Shown here in pieces: positions 58,630 through 64,000 of a DNA stretch of 64,000 bases. Below the pieces are notes generated by a model. That model was not told where the DNA came from. It ran no database searches and was given only the letters and a program-made list of their open reading frames with translations. Location: contig DATLBA010000076.1 of NCBI GenBank assembly GCA_035527275.1, forward strand, positions 34 to 64,033. The letters are read 5' to 3'. The translations under genes and the position numbers were made by a program. Source of the DNA: Phycisphaerae bacterium (GTDB lineage Bacteria; Planctomycetota; Phycisphaerae; FEN-1346). Numbering within the stretch: position 1 is the first letter of the stretch; each line of letters begins with the position of its first letter.

Positions 58630-59147
58630 GGCCTGTCCTCGATCCCTGCCGGTTGAAACGGCCCGCCCGCGCTACAGGGCTTGGCCGCCGTCCCATACCA
58701 TAAAGATTTGCCGCACTGCTCCGGGCTTGTGCCCGCAGATTCTGGCATCGACCGGATTTCGGGTGGCATGGCCATGGCCCCAGGGCACGCCCGATGCTGA
58801 GTTTGGCTCTTTCCTGCGGTTATGAAACTACTTCCAACAATCGAGGTGTGCCAGGGGGCGCTCGAGGGCGTTCACGGGGAGCGAGCATTCGGGACACCTG
58901 GAGTTCAAGACGATTCGCGCAGCCGGGGCCCGCTCTCCTGTAGTACGTTTCGGGCTGGCGTCGGAACTCAACGTGTGGCTCCCCGGGCGACGCCCACCGC
59001 CAGACCCGCAGACAGGCCGTGGAAAAGCAGGGCCGCCTGAAAGCGGCCAAAATGTTGCCCCCTTCCGCGCCAATTGCTACAATTACATGGCCCGCGAGTC
59101 GGTAAAGGCGCGGCCGTGGGCGGCGTATCCGAAGGGAGGAACACAAA

Positions 59148-59945
59148 ATGCCCGGAACGAGAGGCCGCCGGCCCGCCTTCACGCTCACCGAGGTCCTGAT
59201 GGCCGTCGGCATCCTGGGGGTCGGCCTGACGATGGTCGCGTCCATTTTCCCCGTTGCCGTGGACCAGAGCCGCCGCAGCAGGGAAATCACGCAGGCGGCC
59301 CTCTGCGCCCGAAGCGCTTCGGCGATGATCCGCGTCCTCCGCAATGATTTCGTCAATTGGCGGAGAGGATTCGCCGAGAGGGGGAGCGGTGATGATCCTT
59401 ATCCGCTGGAGGCCAACCCAAAGACGCCCTATGTATCCTACGACTTCCCCGGCGCACTCAAAGTGTATGACCCGGCGGAGTTCCTTTACGATCACGAGGA
59501 CGGGGATGGCAACCCAGACCGCTCTTATAACAGCACTAACGTGTGGGGGGATGAGGGGAGCAAGGCGAATTACGTCCCCCGCGTCTTTATGACGCCGGTC
59601 TCCACGAACGGCCCCGGGGGCGGCCCCTGGCGCGTCACCCTGGCCATCTGTCGATCGCAAGGGGAAGGCCCTCCTCTGTGGATCGGGCAAGAGCGCTGGC
59701 CTGCTGTGTGGAACAGAATGGGACCTGGCAAATATGTGCTCGACACGAGCAGTTACGACGGATACGCCTACATGGTGGATTCCATCAAAGAAAGCCAAAG
59801 CCCCAGTGATCACCCCGAATACGCCACTCTCGCCACCGGCGCCCGAGCGAAGGGAGACGAGCCTGGCGTCGTCGACCGGAACTGGCGCTGCCTGGTGGCG
59901 GGGCACGAAGCCGTCGCCGTCTACCACACGGTCCTGGGAGATTAG
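59148..59945 (+). CDS. prepilin-type N-terminal domain protein (T2SS / T4P minor pseudopilin-like)
   Basis: RPAFTLTEVLMAVGILGVGLTMVASIF class III signal. GAAGGGAGGAAC RBS. Confidence 0.7.
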   Translation: MPGTRGRRPAFTLTEVLMAVGILGVGLTMVASIFPVAVDQSRRSREITQAALCARSASAMIRVLRNDFVNWRRGFAERGSGDDPYPLEANPKTPYVSYDFPGALKVYDPAEFLYDHEDGDGNPDRSYNSTNVWGDEGSKANYVPRVFMTPVSTNGPGGGPWRVTLAICRSQGEGPPLWIGQERWPAVWNRMGPGKYVLDTSSYDGYAYMVDSIKESQSPSDHPEYATLATGARAKGDEPGVVDRNWRCLVAGHEAVAVYHTVLGD

Positions 59946-59947
59946 CC

Positions 59948-60847
59948 ATGCGGAACCCATCTTGCCAATGGGATTTGCGCCGGCGGGACGGCGCGGCGGC
60001 TTTTACCCTGGTCGAACTCGTCACTGCCGCGTCCCTGATGACCGTCATGATGATCGGCGTCGTCGAAATTTTCGGCATCATCACCGAGACGGCCTCCGAG
60101 GCCGACGCCATCCACTTCGCCCAGCAACAGGCCCGGGCCGTTCTCGACCATCTCGACCGGGACGTGCGCGGCATGACGCGGGAAGGCTACCTGAAGATTA
60201 CTCACTGGCCGACCCCGGGCAAGGCCGATGAAGAAGAAGAGTATCGCAGCGACGCCCTGTCCTTCGTCAGCATCGGTTCGTGGAAAAGCGCTTTTGACTC
60301 CCAGCAGGCAAGCGCGGCCGAGGTCCTTTACACCACCAACGTGAGAACGCCGACCCAGTTCCTCCGCGTTTACAACAAGGCCAACGAGGAAGACCATCGG
60401 CGGGGTGTCCTGGCACGAGGCACCTGGCTGATGGTAGGCGAGCCAGGCACCGGCCTGGATACGGACGACAAATCTAACGCTGCCTACCTGAGCGAGTTGC
60501 TCGCTTCCGCAGGTTCACTGGGCCGCTCGGCAATAGGCAGCACCACCGTCTGGCCCTGGTCCGGCCGCACCATGGAATCCGTAGAGCCCTGGAGCCTCGC
60601 GCGGGTCATGGCCTGCTGCGTCAGCGAGTTCTTCGTCGAGTATTGGGATCCGAAGGAAAAAAAGTGGGTCGGCGACGGCGGCCTGGCCTCCGCGCCCGGC
60701 TCGCGCGAAAGCGTTCCCGCCATCCGCGTGACGGTCGCCATCCACGACCCGGACGACCACTCGCCGCCCCCTGCTGACACCGACGGAAGCAAGGAGCGAT
60801 TCAGAGGCTACGCCTACCAGCAGGTCTTCTGGATCGGAGACCCGTAA
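59948..60847 (+). CDS. prepilin-type N-terminal domain protein (minor pseudopilin-like)
   Basis: AAFTLVELVTAASLMTVMMIGVVEIF N-terminus. 3-nt gap after the upstream gene. Confidence 0.65.
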   Translation: MRNPSCQWDLRRRDGAAAFTLVELVTAASLMTVMMIGVVEIFGIITETASEADAIHFAQQQARAVLDHLDRDVRGMTREGYLKITHWPTPGKADEEEEYRSDALSFVSIGSWKSAFDSQQASAAEVLYTTNVRTPTQFLRVYNKANEEDHRRGVLARGTWLMVGEPGTGLDTDDKSNAAYLSELLASAGSLGRSAIGSTTVWPWSGRTMESVEPWSLARVMACCVSEFFVEYWDPKEKKWVGDGGLASAPGSRESVPAIRVTVAIHDPDDHSPPPADTDGSKERFRGYAYQQVFWIGDP

Positions 60848-60857
60848 GCCCGCCCGA

Positions 60858-63269
60858 ATGAAGGGAACGTCCATGTGCAGGCACGGTTCGGTCCTGGTCG
60901 TCGTCCTGGGCCTCTTGGCCATTCTGTCGGTCATCGGCGTCGCCTTTATCACGATGAGCGGCCTGGACCGAAGCACGTCGGCCAGTTTCGCCATGCAAAC
61001 GCAGTTGACCATCGCGGCCGACGGGGCCGTCGATTACGTCTGCCACTATCTCGTCCACGACGTGTGGACCGATGACGGCGCCCTGCTGACGGGCGAGGAA
61101 GGGTGCGAACGCTACGATTACCCGGGAGACGAGGACAACTGGCTCGCGCGACCCGTTGGCGATACTACCTCACCCAACGAGGTCTCCTTCGGGAAACCCA
61201 CCAAACCGCTGCTCTTCGGCATCGAGTCTGGAGGAAACAGCGCCGTCGTGGATAACGACGGCGACGGGACGGACGACGGCATCTGGATTCCCGAACTCGC
61301 CGCCCCGTTCGACCAGTATATCGTCCGCATCAGCGTCACCGTCCTCGACCACGGGGCGCTCCTGAACGTCAACGCCCACGGATACACAAGCGCGGGATGG
61401 GAGGAATACGCCAATCTCGCCGCAGAGGACAAGGGCTGTTTCATCTGTGAAATCGCCGGTCCCCCCGGTGTTGCCGCGGCGCGCTGGGCCGGTCGATACC
61501 TTGACGGAACGTCGGGCCAATGGGTATCTGTTGATGACGGCCCCGGCAACCCCGTCATGGGCGAAACCATCATCGAAAACCCGCGAAACCCTCGGATGGA
61601 GCCGGACAACCTCGACCAGCCCTTTACGCTGGCAGAGGAATTCCTCCTCCGCGTCCGCGACCTGCCGGATTTCAACAGCCGCCTTAGCGCGGGCGTCAAG
61701 ACAAACGCGGAGAAATACACGACCGTCTCCTGGACCGCCGAGGTATGCGGCGACGCCGGAACGACCTCCCACACGAAGTGCCCCGGCAAGGATTGGTCCT
61801 GCCCGAAAGCCGACCTCAACCTCGACGAGCCACAAGCGATCTACGACGTGCTGCTTGCCTCGGGCGCCTTCGTGGGCGTAAGTGAGGACGGTTTGAAACA
61901 ATTCGTCGCCAACATCATCGCCTTCCGCGACGCAGACAGCACCTATGACAACGACTACGACGGCTTCGCCGGGGCCGAAAGCCAGCCCATCTTCAAGGAG
62001 GTCAAGGCGGTAGTGACGGCCGGCGACGGCGAAACCGAAGACACCACCTGGACGATCACTGTCTCCCTCTACAACCCTTGGCCGGGCGATTATGCCGGCG
62101 ACCTCGATGGGAGGATCACCCTCCAGCCCGAGGCCAAAGTCACTCTCGTTTTTGACGATGGCACCGAAGAGATGAGCGGCCTGCCGGCAACGATGGCAAA
62201 AGGCGAAACAACGGACCCCCCCCTGACCGGCACGGTGACCTGCAAAGTGACGGGCGAAGGGGAAGACGCAAAGGTCCAGGACCTCAGCGACCGCCTGACG
62301 GCAATTCGGTTCCACGCCGAGGTCACTGAGGTCGGCGACGTCGTCATGGATGAGATCACAAGCGACGAGATTTTGAGCCTGGCTCTGGCGCCCGGCATAT
62401 CACGCGTGCGAAAAATCGACGACAGCCCCCCCGACTGGCGCGGCTTCACGGTCGTCACGGTGGGCGACTGGGGAACCCAGGGACAGGGAAACGTGCCGAG
62501 CGGCACCGTTCTCGTCCGCTTCGCCAACAGCGTGCAGGATGAGTACGACGCTGCCACCGAAGGCGGTCCCTTGCCCCCGCTTAAGACAGCAGGGAACAAC
62601 TCCTTCAAGGCCTTCCTCCGCGTCGGCGACCTCAACCAGGTCCTCTGCCCACAGCCCGCGGAAGGCGGGTGGAAGAACAGGCCCTGGGTTCTTCAGGTGA
62701 CAGACCACGCCGAGGCGGACATACGATTCAACTGGGCAAGATACCCCAGGGCCGCCGACGCCCTCTGCGTCCAGGGCCCCTGGATCGACGGCTTCGACAA
62801 CGACGGCGACGGCCAGACCGACCTGGACGACGAGGGGACCTTTGACGCCGGCCGCTTCGCCGGGCCCGAGTTCCGCGTCGCGGGGAAAATCAACCTCAAC
62901 ACGGCGACGAATGCCACCCTTGCGGCTCTTCCCGGCGGCGGGGTTCCTGCGTTTACCCCCCCCTTGAGTTCGATTGCGGAAATTATCCCCACCGGCGGGT
63001 CCGGCTCTCTGGAACAGCGGGACGAGGTCTTCACCCGCCTCTCCAACCTCGTCACCGTCCGAAGCGACGTCTTCTCCATCTACGGGACCGTCCAGATCAT
63101 CGATCTGGCCAAGGTGCCGAGTGGCGGCATCGTGGCACAGGACGACCCCGCCGTCGTAAGGTCCCGCCGCTTCTGGGCGCTCGTGGACCGCTCGCCCTCG
63201 CTGGCCTATCCGCCGGGCGACGAAAAGTTCATCCACCCCCGCATCATGAATTTCCAGTGGATGGAGTAG
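60858..63269 (+). CDS. GspK-like minor pseudopilin, unusually large (803 aa), with C-terminal helix-hairpin-helix motif
   Basis: RHGSVLVVVLGLLAILSVIGVAFI (GspK-type N-terminus). C-terminal INLNTATNATLAALPG matches the GspK HhH motif. Confidence 0.65.
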   Translation: MKGTSMCRHGSVLVVVLGLLAILSVIGVAFITMSGLDRSTSASFAMQTQLTIAADGAVDYVCHYLVHDVWTDDGALLTGEEGCERYDYPGDEDNWLARPVGDTTSPNEVSFGKPTKPLLFGIESGGNSAVVDNDGDGTDDGIWIPELAAPFDQYIVRISVTVLDHGALLNVNAHGYTSAGWEEYANLAAEDKGCFICEIAGPPGVAAARWAGRYLDGTSGQWVSVDDGPGNPVMGETIIENPRNPRMEPDNLDQPFTLAEEFLLRVRDLPDFNSRLSAGVKTNAEKYTTVSWTAEVCGDAGTTSHTKCPGKDWSCPKADLNLDEPQAIYDVLLASGAFVGVSEDGLKQFVANIIAFRDADSTYDNDYDGFAGAESQPIFKEVKAVVTAGDGETEDTTWTITVSLYNPWPGDYAGDLDGRITLQPEAKVTLVFDDGTEEMSGLPATMAKGETTDPPLTGTVTCKVTGEGEDAKVQDLSDRLTAIRFHAEVTEVGDVVMDEITSDEILSLALAPGISRVRKIDDSPPDWRGFTVVTVGDWGTQGQGNVPSGTVLVRFANSVQDEYDAATEGGPLPPLKTAGNNSFKAFLRVGDLNQVLCPQPAEGGWKNRPWVLQVTDHAEADIRFNWARYPRAADALCVQGPWIDGFDNDGDGQTDLDDEGTFDAGRFAGPEFRVAGKINLNTATNATLAALPGGGVPAFTPPLSSIAEIIPTGGSGSLEQRDEVFTRLSNLVTVRSDVFSIYGTVQIIDLAKVPSGGIVAQDDPAVVRSRRFWALVDRSPSLAYPPGDEKFIHPRIMNFQWME

Positions 63270-63499
63270 GGACACGGCATCCGCCAGCGCGTCCCGCCGA
63301 AGGAGCCGGGTGCGGACATGTCTGAAACTGGGCGTGGCATACCGGTTGCTGGTGGGGACACCCCGCACCCGGAGGGTGTGGGCATGCCACCCGATAGGCA
63401 CTCGATGCCGGAATCTACGGCCACACCCGGTTTTTGGGGGACGAGGGATTGCAATGGACTTCGGCGGGCCGAGACGGCTAAAATGCCTTGGTCTGGGCC

Positions 63500-63590
63500 G
63501 GAGAGGTGGCCGAGCGGTCGAAGGCACCGGTCTTGAAAACCGGCGTGGGCCTTGTGTCCACCGGGGGTTCGAATCCCTCCCTCTCCGCCA
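63500..63590 (+). tRNA. tRNA-Ser (anticodon UGA)
   Basis: Hand-folded cloverleaf: acceptor GGAGAGG / CCTCTCC, 3-bp D stem, anticodon stem CCGGT / ACCGG with loop CTTGAAA, long variable arm, TTCGAAT T-loop, encoded CCA. Confidence 0.9.
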
Positions 63591-63810
63591 CGGTGGCCTT
63601 CAAAAGGGGGGCTTTCTCGCTGTTCATCGGGCTTTCCGCTAGTGGCTGGCATGCGCCTGACTGACGCCTTCGGTCCATAGTAGTCCGCCGCGTCCTCGCT
63701 GCACTCGCCCTTTGACGCCAATCCCGATGAATCGGGACGCCAACACAGGTTCGCCGCCCGGGGGCGTTTGGCGCGCACACACATTGCGCATGGCCGATAT
63801 GTTGGCGGGC

Positions 63811-64000
63811 GGTTTTGGGTGGGTTTTGGGGGATTTTGGCCCGTTTTGGGGGGCGAATCGGGCCTGGCGCTAGCGCCAGGGTGGGTTGAGGGCCGAAATG
63901 TTAAAATGGGCAAGGCCGAATCGGGCGCTTTTTTCGACTTTTTTCGCGTTTTTGGTCGGAATTGGATGCAAATTGGCCCTTTTTGACCCCCTTTTTGCCC
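63811..64000. repeat. phased T-tract / short-repeat / palindrome region 3' of tRNA-Ser (possible intrinsically bent DNA; att-site or origin-like)
   Basis: GTTTTGG-like units at ~63812, 63823, 63833, 63844. Perfect palindrome CCTGGCGCTAGCGCCAGG at 63863-63880. CGAATCGGG three times. T5-6 tracts at 63929, 63939, 63949, 63979, 63990 with 10-11 bp period. GC content drops relative to the rest of the window. Confidence 0.5.

Noticed and set aside
58822-59040. 72-aa + strand ORF in the intergenic region upstream of the pseudopilin operon.
   Set aside because: No RBS and low-complexity Arg/Ala-rich product. The region more likely carries the operon promoter (weak TTGCCC-17-TACAAT near 59053-59081).
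1-64000. CRISPR arrays, rRNA genes, intact IS elements, integrases.
   Set aside because: No regularly spaced direct repeats, rRNA-like conserved blocks or transposase / integrase-like ORFs were seen anywhere in the window.

Overview
64 kb window of high-GC (~68-70%) bacterial chromosome, with gene content typical of Planctomycetota. I read 47 CDS (46 intact, 1 truncated) plus one tRNA. The most coherent unit is a tightly coupled late-step menaquinone (futalosine route) operon with two uncharacterised membrane/lipoprotein genes embedded in it. Most genes are tightly packed, with many ATGA/GTGA overlaps.

The evidence for Planctomycetota is many TPR proteins, prepilin-type N-terminal / DUF1559-like pseudopilins, an AsmA-like outer-membrane protein, and ribosome-binding sites that are mostly GGAGG-like.

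Housekeeping genes: glyQS, leuS, mnmA, a cyclophilin PPIase, 6-phosphofructokinase, a SEDS (FtsW/RodA) protein, and a pair of heterodimeric ABC exporters.

The menaquinone operon: UbiD-like decarboxylase, MenG/UbiE, an embedded Zn-ribbon polytopic membrane protein, UbiX-like protein, UbiA-family prenyltransferase, MqnC/MqnE radical SAM enzyme, then a coupled lipoprotein.

Other content:
- a Pus10-family tRNA pseudouridine synthase, which is unusual in bacteria
- an orphan HypE next to a TylF-like methyltransferase
- a MoxR AAA+ ATPase
- a three-gene SPOR/TPR operon downstream of glyQS
- a large secreted clan GH-A glycoside hydrolase with a C-terminal discoidin-like domain, followed by a ThuA / sugar-phosphate-isomerase / Zn-ADH sugar-catabolism cluster
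- a three-gene pseudopilin operon ending in a giant (803 aa) GspK-like protein
- a truncated DegT-family aminotransferase remnant

The window ends with tRNA-Ser(UGA). Immediately 3' of it the sequence turns lower in GC and highly structured: T-tracts phased at 10-11 bp, short direct repeats and a perfect 18-bp palindrome. This is a plausible island integration border or bent-DNA element.

No CRISPR array, rRNA gene or intact IS element was seen. Many long alternative-frame ORFs in the six-frame track are GC-driven artefacts and were not called.
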